Part shown: positions 9,588 to 17,625 of the stretch, in pieces
How the letters are laid out: the number at the start of each line of letters is the position of its first letter
How positions within the stretch are numbered: position 1 is the first letter of the stretch
IMG/VR virus record: IMGVR_UViG_3300031994_000071
Span: 1-64,000 of that record
Length of the DNA: 64,000 nucleotides
Source of the DNA: a virus
Taxonomy: Duplodnaviria; Caudoviricetes
Reading direction: 5' to 3' (one strand)
The notes under the pieces: model-generated
Told to the model about the DNA's origin: nothing
What the model saw: only the letters and a program-made list of their open reading frames with translations
Database searches by the model: none
Translations under genes and position numbers: made by a program

Positions 9588-10415
9588 ATGACGAAACGTG
9601 TAGGGTACATACTTGAGAAGGTCGCTGACGAGGATAACTTGCGGTTAGCCATCAAGCGGTCCCAGCGGGGAGGGAAGGCGAAGCGGTCCGCACAGATCCG
9701 TGCGGTGAACGCCGATATCGAAGGGACGGTCAAGAGACTGCGCCACATGATACTGGAACTTGACTTCCCGGAGCATGAGAGCCGTAAGATGCAGCGCAGG
9801 ACCGACCGGGGAAAGACCCGTGACCTTGAAGATGAAAAATATGACCCGTGGAAGGTAATGGCTCATGCCATCATGCAGGTCACAGAACCCTACATCAATA
9901 AAAAGATGATTGCAGACACGTCCAGTTGCATCAAGAAACGAGGATGCCTGTACGGAGTTCGGAGAGTGAAGAGGCTGATGCGGCGCTACCCGGACCACAT
10001 CTATTTTTCACAATCCGATTGCAAGAAATACTACCAGGCTTTGGACCCGGAGTATATGGTAAGGGTGTTTCGGCATTGGTTTAAGGACAAGAAATTTATA
10101 AGGCTGATTGAAATATGCGTGCTGGACTACTATTGCGGGGACGAGATAATGCAGATGTTGGAAGATGAACGAGAAAAGAAGACGCGGAGTGCGAATTGGC
10201 TCATACGCAAGCGGGATGATTGGGAACCTCGCCCATTTAGAGATAGACCACATCCTCACAGAAAAGTACGGGGCAAAGATTCAGCGGAACTGCGACGATC
10301 TGATCATCTTCGGGCGCACGAAGGCAGAGGTGCGATTCCTTCTGAACGTGTACAACCATCTGTGCGAGGAGAGGGGAATGGTAGTGAAGGCAAACAGTTT
10401 CTACGGCGCGATTAA
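9588..10415 (+). CDS. DGR reverse transcriptase, part 1 (N-terminal/fingers, motif A)
   Basis: ADEDNLRLA, HAIMQV, DTSSCIKKRG, QSDCKKYY motifs; homology ends near 10140; ATG follows TACCTTTG box at 9579-9586. Confidence 0.9.
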   Translation: MTKRVGYILEKVADEDNLRLAIKRSQRGGKAKRSAQIRAVNADIEGTVKRLRHMILELDFPEHESRKMQRRTDRGKTRDLEDEKYDPWKVMAHAIMQVTEPYINKKMIADTSSCIKKRGCLYGVRRVKRLMRRYPDHIYFSQSDCKKYYQALDPEYMVRVFRHWFKDKKFIRLIEICVLDYYCGDEIMQMLEDEREKKTRSANWLIRKRDDWEPRPFRDRPHPHRKVRGKDSAELRRSDHLRAHEGRGAIPSERVQPSVRGEGNGSEGKQFLRRD

Positions 10416-10584
10416 GGGACATGGGAAGAAAAGACGAAGGAAGCGGCAGAGGGGGCCGGTACATCGACTTTCTGGGCTATCAGTTCAGTCAGGACGATCA
10501 GAGGCTCCGCAAGTCGATAAAGCAAAAATTCGCAAAGAGCATGGCCCGCGTCAAAAGCCGAAAAAGAAAAAAGCAACTCACTGA
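10165..10584 (+). CDS. DGR reverse transcriptase, part 2 (palm, catalytic xCDD)
   Basis: GVRIGSYASGMIGN...DH...RNCDDLIIF in the +1 frame relative to part 1. Confidence 0.9.
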   Translation: MNEKRRRGVRIGSYASGMIGNLAHLEIDHILTEKYGAKIQRNCDDLIIFGRTKAEVRFLLNVYNHLCEERGMVVKANSFYGAIKGHGKKRRRKRQRGPVHRLSGLSVQSGRSEAPQVDKAKIRKEHGPRQKPKKKKATH

Positions 10585-11032
10585 CAGTTACAGAGGCTGG
10601 TGCATGTACGGCAGGTGCCGGAACCTCTGGAAAACAATAACAGGACAACCACTTATGGGATTCGCTGACAAGGGAATATCTATCGAACAGGCCAGCACGA
10701 AGGACGGCAAGAAGTTCTTCGAGTGCCGCAAAGGAACCATTATGGAGGTGCTGAATCAGCGCCTGTCTGTGCTTGACTTTGAGGCTAACGTCCCGACGCC
10801 GGATATTCACGACCCGACGAAGATGAACTACGACCGCTACATGCTCATGGTTCAGAAGGAGGACGGCGAGAAAATCAAGTTCACCATCAGTTCCTTCCAG
10901 ATGAAGAACATTCTGGACGAGTGCCGGAAGGCAGAGGATGCTGGCAACAAGGTGTTCCCGGTCGAAAACGTGGGCATCGCCCGCGTGGATCTTGGTAGAG
11001 GAAAATTCACTTACAAATTCATAGACTTATGA
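10421..11032 (+). CDS. DGR reverse transcriptase, part 3 (thumb) fused to a C-terminal domain of about 125 aa
   Basis: IDFLGY...RLRKSIK...SYRGW thumb motifs in the +1 frame relative to part 2; internal ATG at 10655. Confidence 0.88.
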   Translation: MGRKDEGSGRGGRYIDFLGYQFSQDDQRLRKSIKQKFAKSMARVKSRKRKKQLTDSYRGWCMYGRCRNLWKTITGQPLMGFADKGISIEQASTKDGKKFFECRKGTIMEVLNQRLSVLDFEANVPTPDIHDPTKMNYDRYMLMVQKEDGEKIKFTISSFQMKNILDECRKAEDAGNKVFPVENVGIARVDLGRGKFTYKFIDL

Positions 11033-11379
11033 AAGTTTACGCTGATTACAACGGGGAAGTCCCCTCTGGCGTAGTGGTGGAGCGCGAAGGCGCCATCACG
11101 CGCATCTTCTTTGACTACGGCACTGAAAGCCGCGAGGAAACCGAACTGGAGGAGGCCCGCACCCTCCTGGTGTGCGAGAACGTGGACGTCACTGGTTCGA
11201 CTGAGTATGATGCCATCGTGACGGCCATCGTGCGCGACAAATACTCTCAGGACCGCGTAGAGGCTATCCTGGCCAACGGCTCCGACACGGAGGCCCACGC
11301 GAAGGAACTCCAGGCTTTCCAGGAATGGCGAGCCAAGGCAAAGCGGATTGCTCATGCGGTCATTGATTCTCTGGCTTAA
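11029..11379 (+). CDS. hypothetical protein, possible tail-fibre assembly/chaperone-like
   Basis: ATGA overlap with RT part 3; upstream of tail fibre. Confidence 0.6.
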   Translation: MKVYADYNGEVPSGVVVEREGAITRIFFDYGTESREETELEEARTLLVCENVDVTGSTEYDAIVTAIVRDKYSQDRVEAILANGSDTEAHAKELQAFQEWRAKAKRIAHAVIDSLA

Positions 11380-11392
11380 AAAACTATTCGGT

Positions 11393-12535
11393 ATGGCCAA
11401 CACCGTAAAAGTACAAGGCAGTAAAACCGTAGCAAGAGCGAGGAAAGGTCAAGACGGAAAGGGCATAGTGTCGCAGGTCGATTACTATGGCCTTTCCTCT
11501 GCCTCAGGAACTCGCCCTACGTCATGGGTCGCAGGAACTCCTCCGCTTATGACGCAAACTAACAAGTACCTCTGGAAGTACACCAGAACCACCTATTCTG
11601 ATGGCTCATATACCGACACTACCCCTGGCATCGTTGGCGTGTTCGGGGATAGCGGGCTTTCCTATCGGTATTCCAAGTGGGAGGAGGGATTTGAATATCG
11701 CAACGATAACAACCCTTTTTACAGGGATGATAACGGGAAGGGTATTGTCGATGTTGTCTTCGCTGATGATATCACAATCTGGGACCCCGCGACAGACCCG
11801 AACAACCCTCCGGCAGCCTGGATTTGTCGGCAGACCCACACGTCCGCATCTGCAAGGCCGCTCCCCGCTCAGGGCGCATCGAACATGTATTGGACGGCAA
11901 TGAATTCCATGGCCCCAATTTTAACTGCGCTCGTTCTCGCAAGAAAAATAAGGGCTAATGAAATTGATGTTGACTCTCTCACGGCTAAGCACGTGCAGGT
12001 GAAAGATAGTGGCGACAATGTTATTGCGGATATGGGTGGTAATGTTAATTATCCACTTATGCTTGGCGGATCAAGTCCGTCTAACGCAAAGTCGTATTTT
12101 AATAAAGCAGGCGATCTGTTCTGTAATGGCGGTACTTTTGCAGGAAGATTGAAATTACCATTCGTGGTAATCGTGAATTATCACACTCTTGTTGCAGGCG
12201 ATGGCACGTCTTTTATTTTGCAAGGCTCTATGGGAGACGGAGAATTGTATCTCCCAGCGAATGCTTCTTTCAATGGCTGGCTTATCAATGTTTTCGCATG
12301 GCCGAGATTGAGCAGAATGGATGGTTTGGGCGTTGTTTCAGGACATATTCTATGTCCCAAAAAGGCAACAATTTCAGATAGAATTGCAAACCTTTATTTT
12401 GCATCAAGGATTGAAATGGATGAAGCGGGAGGCTTTATGCAATTTATTTGCGTAGATAAACAATGGGTGCTTATAAACGAGTCGTTTCATAACGCAACTT
12501 ATACGCAAAGTTCCAACTCAAATCCGGATTGGTAA
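11393..12535 (+). CDS. tail fibre / host-specificity protein
   Basis: KGQDGKGI...YLWKYTRTTYSDG segment typical of phage fibre proteins; AT-rich 3' half. Confidence 0.7.
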   Translation: MANTVKVQGSKTVARARKGQDGKGIVSQVDYYGLSSASGTRPTSWVAGTPPLMTQTNKYLWKYTRTTYSDGSYTDTTPGIVGVFGDSGLSYRYSKWEEGFEYRNDNNPFYRDDNGKGIVDVVFADDITIWDPATDPNNPPAAWICRQTHTSASARPLPAQGASNMYWTAMNSMAPILTALVLARKIRANEIDVDSLTAKHVQVKDSGDNVIADMGGNVNYPLMLGGSSPSNAKSYFNKAGDLFCNGGTFAGRLKLPFVVIVNYHTLVAGDGTSFILQGSMGDGELYLPANASFNGWLINVFAWPRLSRMDGLGVVSGHILCPKKATISDRIANLYFASRIEMDEAGGFMQFICVDKQWVLINESFHNATYTQSSNSNPDW

Positions 12536-13149
12536 TGTCAGAAAGAGTAAAAATGTACCCCGGAATGGTGCTTAACATAATCGGTTACGATGCCAGGCTA
12601 CTGCTGTTGACGCTGTGCCTGGCAACGACCGTTCCGTCATGCAGTGTTTGCAAGCACACGCCGTCCGGCTTGCAGCAGAACATCAAGGACTCGACGGCCA
12701 TCAACTTCAAGGACAGTCTCAGGATAAGGGATTCCGTTGCGGTTCGGGATTCCCTTGTCCCTGTCCCAATCCCGGTGGAGCAGTCTGTGTCGAAGTTACC
12801 GGCATTCAAGTTCCCTTCCCACCTGGAGACGTCCATTGCCGAATCGGATGCCTACGTTGATTCCACGGGCGTATTGCATCATACCCTCAAAAACAAGAGC
12901 GACAAGACGCTGAGCGCTCATGTTCCGGTGACGGAGCATTTCCAGTCCACGGAGCACACGCAGCAGGGCAGCACGGTACAATCGTCAGAAAAGGCCGAGA
13001 AGGAGACCATCACGGTAGAGGTGGAGCGAGAGTTCACGCTGTGGGAGAAAGTCCGGCTGCGGGCTTTTTGGCCGCTATTGCTGGCGCTTCTCGCATCACT
13101 CCTCTGGATATTCCGCAAACCAATCTTAAAACTCATAAAATTATGGTAA
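12529..13149 (+). CDS. putative spanin (lipoprotein-like N-terminus, C-terminal transmembrane helix)
   Basis: Hydrophobic LLLLTLCLATTVPSC signal and C-terminal AFWPLLLALLASLLWIF; adjacent to endolysin. Confidence 0.5.
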   Translation: MVMSERVKMYPGMVLNIIGYDARLLLLTLCLATTVPSCSVCKHTPSGLQQNIKDSTAINFKDSLRIRDSVAVRDSLVPVPIPVEQSVSKLPAFKFPSHLETSIAESDAYVDSTGVLHHTLKNKSDKTLSAHVPVTEHFQSTEHTQQGSTVQSSEKAEKETITVEVEREFTLWEKVRLRAFWPLLLALLASLLWIFRKPILKLIKLW

Positions 13150-13439
13150 AGTACAAGTTCTCCAACGACGGCGCCTGCCTTACCATTTACGACAGTTATG
13201 CCGTCCCCAAAGCGGACTTCCAGAAGACGCTCAACCAGATCAAGGCCATCCATGGCCACCAGCCCATCTTCCAGCGGGACGATAACTCCCTCAAGAAAGA
13301 GTGGGCCACCCACAATTTCCTCTACCTTATCGGGTACAAGCGGAGCCAGACCAAGGACACCGACCTGGATATTCCGTGCGACAAGCCCGAATGGCTGTAT
13401 AAGTTCATCGGCTGGCTCGTCTGGCCTTTTATCAAGTAG
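13143..13439 (+). CDS. hypothetical protein in lysis module
   Basis: Coupled ORF between spanin-like gene and amidase. Confidence 0.7.
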   Translation: MVKYKFSNDGACLTIYDSYAVPKADFQKTLNQIKAIHGHQPIFQRDDNSLKKEWATHNFLYLIGYKRSQTKDTDLDIPCDKPEWLYKFIGWLVWPFIK

Positions 13440-13443
13440 TATC

Positions 13444-13989
13444 ATGAGACCGCAAGACATCGACGCCATCGTAATCCACTGCTCGGCCACTCCGGAAGGA
13501 AAGGACTTTCGGGCGGCAGACATTGATATCATGCACAAGGAACGCGGATTCTCCGGAATCGGCTACAACTTTGTCATTGACATTGACGGCACGGTGGAGG
13601 TAGGAAGACCGCTTACCCAGAGCGGTGCCCACTGCAACGAGAAGGGTTTCAGCGGCAAGTCCTACAACCTCCATTCCATCGGCATCTGCTACATCGGCGG
13701 GCTTGAGGCCACTACCGACAAGAAGGGGCAGATTATCGCCAAACTTGACAAGAACGGCAAACCTATCCCGAAGGACACGCGCACTCCGGAGCAGAAAAAG
13801 GCCATGGCCGAACTTGTTTACAACCTGGTGGAGAAGTACCCGATAACCGACATTCTCGGGCACCGTGACACATCTCCGGACAAGAACCATGACGGGAAGA
13901 TCACCAAGAACGAATGGGTGAAGTCCTGTCCATGCTTCGACGTCCGGTCCGAGTTTCCTATTGCCGTCTGTACGGCCAAGAGAAAATGA
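13444..13989 (+). CDS. endolysin, N-acetylmuramoyl-L-alanine amidase (Amidase_2/T7 lysozyme type)
   Basis: IVIHCSAT, GIGYNFVI, GRP...GAH, GICYIGG, GHRD, KSCPCF motifs. Confidence 0.95.
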   Translation: MRPQDIDAIVIHCSATPEGKDFRAADIDIMHKERGFSGIGYNFVIDIDGTVEVGRPLTQSGAHCNEKGFSGKSYNLHSIGICYIGGLEATTDKKGQIIAKLDKNGKPIPKDTRTPEQKKAMAELVYNLVEKYPITDILGHRDTSPDKNHDGKITKNEWVKSCPCFDVRSEFPIAVCTAKRK

Positions 13990-14171
13990 GTAAAGTAAAG
14001 GTTTCCGCCAAATCAGGGAAGCGTGGCACGAAAGTTGCAGAAAGCAAAGTTCGTGTCACGCGCTCTGGTAATGGACGGGGCAAGAGGTTGTTCCAGACCA
14101 CGGCGCAGGTGACGCTCAGGACGTCAACAACGAGAAATGGACAACCGAGACCGAAGAGCAGCGGATCTTAA
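13986..14171 (+). CDS. small basic hypothetical protein
   Basis: ATGA overlap with amidase; Lys/Arg-rich; contains a sigma54 box, so may be partly regulatory. Confidence 0.4.
   Translation: MSKVKVSAKSGKRGTKVAESKVRVTRSGNGRGKRLFQTTAQVTLRTSTTRNGQPRPKSSGS
14024..14038 (+). promoter_or_regulatory. sigma54-type -24/-12 box TGGCAC-GAAAG-TTGC
   Basis: Exact consensus; about 100 nt upstream of the 14137 gene. Confidence 0.55.
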
Positions 14172-14538
14172 ATTCCTTGTAAGCACCCTGCGCCGCGTAA
14201 CGACAGCGGTACAGGTCCTTCCTTTTGTATATTCGGCAATCAGCATCATTATACTCTCGTGCTACAACCTAATCCCGGAGGATGCACAGTATAATATAGA
14301 CATGCTGTTTTATATCTCGCCGGTCACTATTGTCGCATTCCTGTTACTTTCCAAGTTGCTACATCTATGCAAGTGGCATAAAACCGCCTGCATTATACCG
14401 GCCATTCCGCAAGTGGTGAGCCTGGTTGACTATTATATCTACACATTAACGGACCTCGGCGTCAATATCGTGAACATCGTCCTTGTATCCATGACGGTGC
14501 TCCTACTCGTTGCCGCCTACAAAGTATTTTTCAAATGA
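14137..14538 (+). CDS. multi-pass membrane protein
   Basis: About four hydrophobic helices. Confidence 0.75.
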   Translation: MDNRDRRAADLKFLVSTLRRVTTAVQVLPFVYSAISIIILSCYNLIPEDAQYNIDMLFYISPVTIVAFLLLSKLLHLCKWHKTACIIPAIPQVVSLVDYYIYTLTDLGVNIVNIVLVSMTVLLLVAAYKVFFK

Positions 14539-14831
14539 TAAACGAAGAAAATGACATCGTACTGGACGTCCTCGACTTCATCCGGGACCAGTACAAGGAG
14601 GGCAGATGCACGAAGCGCCAGACTGACGTGATTTATGATGCCGCGCTCAACATCGTTGACGCATACGCCACCTCCGACGAACTCGCCAGGCACTTCGGCA
14701 AGACCGTGGAAGCCGTGCATGGCGTCATCAAGCGCAGGATGACCGAAAAGCCCAAGAAGAACATCACCCTTTATTCCTTCCGCGCCTTCCGAAAATGTGT
14801 ACCTAAGGGATGGCTGCATAAGAAACAGTAA
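14535..14831 (+). CDS. small protein with possible HTH
   Basis: ATSDELARHFGKTVEAVHGVIKR resembles a helix-turn-helix; ATGA coupling. Confidence 0.55.
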   Translation: MINEENDIVLDVLDFIRDQYKEGRCTKRQTDVIYDAALNIVDAYATSDELARHFGKTVEAVHGVIKRRMTEKPKKNITLYSFRAFRKCVPKGWLHKKQ

Positions 14832-14924
14832 ATCACCGACATATCTTTATTTCATCCGGCACATTCCGTGTCGGATTTTTGTGCCCAACTTTGCATCGTG
14901 TTTAACCTCTAAAACCAATGCAAA

Positions 14925-15827
14925 ATGGCAGAAGAAAAAACTTATGTCTTTGGTGACGGGAACAACAATGTTCCTCTCGCCTACGCTCTGAACGGCGGCA
15001 ATGGTAACGGCTTCTTCGGCGGAAACGGCGGTGCTTGGGGAGGTGGACTTATCGGCTTCATTCTCGGTATTCTCCTTGGGAATAACGGGAATGGCCTTGG
15101 TGGTATTCTTGGTGGCGGTAACGGCGGCACCCTCGCTGGTGTGACTGGTCGTGAAGCCATCATGAACGCTATCAATGGCACCGATGCCGATGTCCGCTCT
15201 CTGGCGGCCACCATGAATGCCGATGTGAACGAACTCCGTTCCGCTCTCAGCACCATCGCTTCCGGCCTTGCTACCGTCGGCTCCCAGGTTGGCATGTCTG
15301 CCCTCCAGGTTGTCAACGCCATCCAGGCTGGTAACAGCGGCCTCGCCTCTCAACTGGCGCAGTGTTGCTGCGAAAATCGTCTCCTCACTACCCAGCAGGG
15401 TTATGAGGCGCAGATTCGCACCTTGGAGCAGACCAATGCGCTCGGCTCCCAGGCCGACCGGAACACCCGTTCCATCACGGACGCCATCAGCGCCCAGACC
15501 ATCGCCATGAACGACCAGTTCTGCGCACTCAAGAACCGCGAGTACGAGTCCGAGATTGCCCGTCTCAAGACGGAACTCGCCAACTCCGCACGTGCTGCTG
15601 ACAAGGCCGAGATTCTTGGCGGCGTCAACGCTATCGTGGCTCCTCTGGCCGCTCAGGTAGCAGCCATCAAGCAGTCGATGCCTCCGACTGTTGCCGTACC
15701 TTATCCTCAGTTGCAGGCTATTCCGAGTTTCAACACTCTGGAACTGCTCGCCAATCTGAGCATCGTGCGCAACATCTTCGGTGGCAATACGACCGAGACT
15801 CCAACCACAACTCCAGCAACAGCGTAA
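14925..15827 (+). CDS. Gly-rich membrane-associated coiled-coil protein with CCC motif (uncharacterised cassette, gene 1)
   Basis: GNGFFGG...GGLIGFILGILLG, then LAQCCCENRL and coiled coil. Confidence 0.85.
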   Translation: MAEEKTYVFGDGNNNVPLAYALNGGNGNGFFGGNGGAWGGGLIGFILGILLGNNGNGLGGILGGGNGGTLAGVTGREAIMNAINGTDADVRSLAATMNADVNELRSALSTIASGLATVGSQVGMSALQVVNAIQAGNSGLASQLAQCCCENRLLTTQQGYEAQIRTLEQTNALGSQADRNTRSITDAISAQTIAMNDQFCALKNREYESEIARLKTELANSARAADKAEILGGVNAIVAPLAAQVAAIKQSMPPTVAVPYPQLQAIPSFNTLELLANLSIVRNIFGGNTTETPTTTPATA

Positions 15828-15828
15828 T

Positions 15829-16347
15829 ATGTTATCAGGATTGAGACAGGGGGCGCCTATTTATGTCCTCTACAAGAACGAATTGAAGACTGCCATCGGC
15901 GAAGTGGTCGCCGTGAGCAATCCTGTACCGCAGTATGGTACAACCTACAACGCCGGTATTCTGGCCCAGCCAAAGACCGTCGTGGACGTCCGCGTCCGCA
16001 TCGGCTCTGAAACGGTTGACTTCCAGAAGTTACCGGCAGACCAGTCCATCGCTGACTTCGGGCCTAACGGTATCGTAATCAGCGAGACCAGGGACGGTAT
16101 CTTGGCCGAGATTGACGCTTACCAGAAGCGCTCGGAGACCGCCCTGGCCGAGACGCCCAGGCACGAGCAGATTATTGCTGCCTGTAAGAGTATGCGCAGC
16201 GAACTGGACCCGGCCATCCGGAAGGAGGCCGAGCAGACCGCTGAGATAGCAAACCTCAAGAAAGGTATGGCCGACATGCGGGATGACCTTGCAGACATAA
16301 AGGCCCTCCTGTCGAAGTCCCTTAACCGTAAACCAAAGGAGGATTAA
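15829..16347 (+). CDS. cassette gene 2, hypothetical with C-terminal coiled coil
   Basis: Coupled ORF (MLSGLRQGAPIYVLYK...). Confidence 0.8.
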   Translation: MLSGLRQGAPIYVLYKNELKTAIGEVVAVSNPVPQYGTTYNAGILAQPKTVVDVRVRIGSETVDFQKLPADQSIADFGPNGIVISETRDGILAEIDAYQKRSETALAETPRHEQIIAACKSMRSELDPAIRKEAEQTAEIANLKKGMADMRDDLADIKALLSKSLNRKPKED

Positions 16348-16349
16348 CT

Positions 16350-16571
16350 ATGGGTTGGAACATGCTCAAAGAACGCAGCGGAGGTTCGGACGTGTCCGAC
16401 TTCAAGAAGGCTGCCAAGATGGCCAAAAAGGGCCTGGAAATCATGTGCGAAATCGCTGCCGACATGGCCGATGAGTACGATGAGTTCAGCGAACGTGACA
16501 GCGACTGGGATGATGACGAGCCTCACGTGAGGGAACGTCGCCGCCGCAGGAGCAACGGACGCTTCATGTAG
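16350..16571 (+). CDS. cassette gene 3, small charged protein
   Basis: Acidic middle, RERRRRRSNGRFM C-terminus. Confidence 0.75.
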   Translation: MGWNMLKERSGGSDVSDFKKAAKMAKKGLEIMCEIAADMADEYDEFSERDSDWDDDEPHVRERRRRRSNGRFM

Positions 16572-16579
16572 TGGATCGG

Positions 16580-16604
16580 GGGGCGGGGAAACTCGCCCCT
16601 TTTT
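16580..16604 (+). terminator. intrinsic terminator
   Basis: GGGGCGGG-GAAA-CTCGCCCC followed by TTTTT. Confidence 0.8.
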
Positions 16605-16620
16605 AACTTATAAGTTAAGT

Positions 16621-17022
16621 ATGAACAGACTTGATTATTATGACATAACTCCAGCCGGAATGGACGCATATATGTCTAATTACGGTCGGCACTTCTCGAA
16701 GGCGCTCTACGAGTGGGCCGTATCCATGATGAAGGACAGGAACGGCGTTAAAGTTCAGGCAATGTCCAAGCAGGAGGTTGACGAGAAGATGAAAGCGGCA
16801 AGCGTGACCGTTGAGCGCGATATGGGATACGACGTGCCGTACACCTATATGATGGCCAAGGCCGATTATATGGGGTCTTCTATTGCCGACGAGCAACACC
16901 TGGCCAAGTTCGTGAAGGATTACCTTGATGACAAGGACGGCTCTGACACCAGGGCTTTTGACGAGTTCTATGCCAAGACGATAGCGCTCGGCATTCCTAT
17001 CATGTGGGAGGATGTTATTTAG
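16621..17022 (+). CDS. cassette gene 4, hypothetical helical protein
   Basis: ORF with YGRHFSKALYEWAVSMM. Confidence 0.8.
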   Translation: MNRLDYYDITPAGMDAYMSNYGRHFSKALYEWAVSMMKDRNGVKVQAMSKQEVDEKMKAASVTVERDMGYDVPYTYMMAKADYMGSSIADEQHLAKFVKDYLDDKDGSDTRAFDEFYAKTIALGIPIMWEDVI

Positions 17023-17416
17023 GAGGATTGAAATACTCCGGTGGGAGGTGATTTTCCTTTTCGATTACGAGGAGATTAACCGTGGGAGTGTTCTACGGCA
17101 GTTAGTCAACGCCGGTGCTCCCGATTCCGTTCTCCATCGCATCTCCGAGAAAATCGAAGACGGAAATATGGACGAGGGTTTTACCTATCCAAACCCGGAA
17201 CGGCAGATTGCGGTTGTCGGCGTCGGGCACGCATCCTCCGGACCGGAGTTTCTTTCCTCGTTTTGCCACGAATTAAGGCACCTGACAGACGCAATCGCCT
17301 CGGACAAGGGAATTCCCCTCCGAGGCGAGAAAGTGTCTTATTTGACAGGAGAAATATCGCGGAAGGTGGCAGATGCTGTCTGCGTCTTCTCCTGCCCTTA
17401 CTGCCGTCATGAGTAG
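17012..17416 (+). CDS. cassette gene 5, putative zinc metallopeptidase-like protein
   Basis: HExxH motif (CHELRH). Confidence 0.5.
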   Translation: MLFRRIEILRWEVIFLFDYEEINRGSVLRQLVNAGAPDSVLHRISEKIEDGNMDEGFTYPNPERQIAVVGVGHASSGPEFLSSFCHELRHLTDAIASDKGIPLRGEKVSYLTGEISRKVADAVCVFSCPYCRHE

Positions 17417-17625
17417 TCTTCCGGCCCGAGCGCTTCGATGTAGATTCGAGCCGTCGGATAACCGGAGATCATCTGGAAGGCTTCAATGGTCTTCTGCTTC
17501 GGACAGTTCCTTCCTGATTCGATTTTGTAGAGCGCCGTCGGAGTGATTCCGAGCGCCTTGGCCATGGAGCGCTGGGTGATACCCTTGCCCTCCCGGAATT
17601 TCTTGAATACGTTTCCTATGTTCAT
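17407..17625 (-). CDS. XRE-family HTH transcriptional regulator
   Basis: FREGKGITQRSMAKALGITPTALYKIESG. Confidence 0.9.
   Translation of the reverse strand: MNIGNVFKKFREGKGITQRSMAKALGITPTALYKIESGRNCPKQKTIEAFQMISGYPTARIYIEALGPEDYS

Noticed and set aside
9331-9591. 86-aa ORF between TR and RT as an Avd candidate
   Set aside because: Arg/Pro/Gly-rich with no four-helix-bundle character, and it overlaps predicted RNA structure
9588-11032. Group II intron or retron, or a dead RT pseudogene
   Set aside because: The adjacent TR/VR pairs with adenine-only changes define a DGR, and two cleanly mutated VRs argue against long-term inactivity; assembly error still needs a read check
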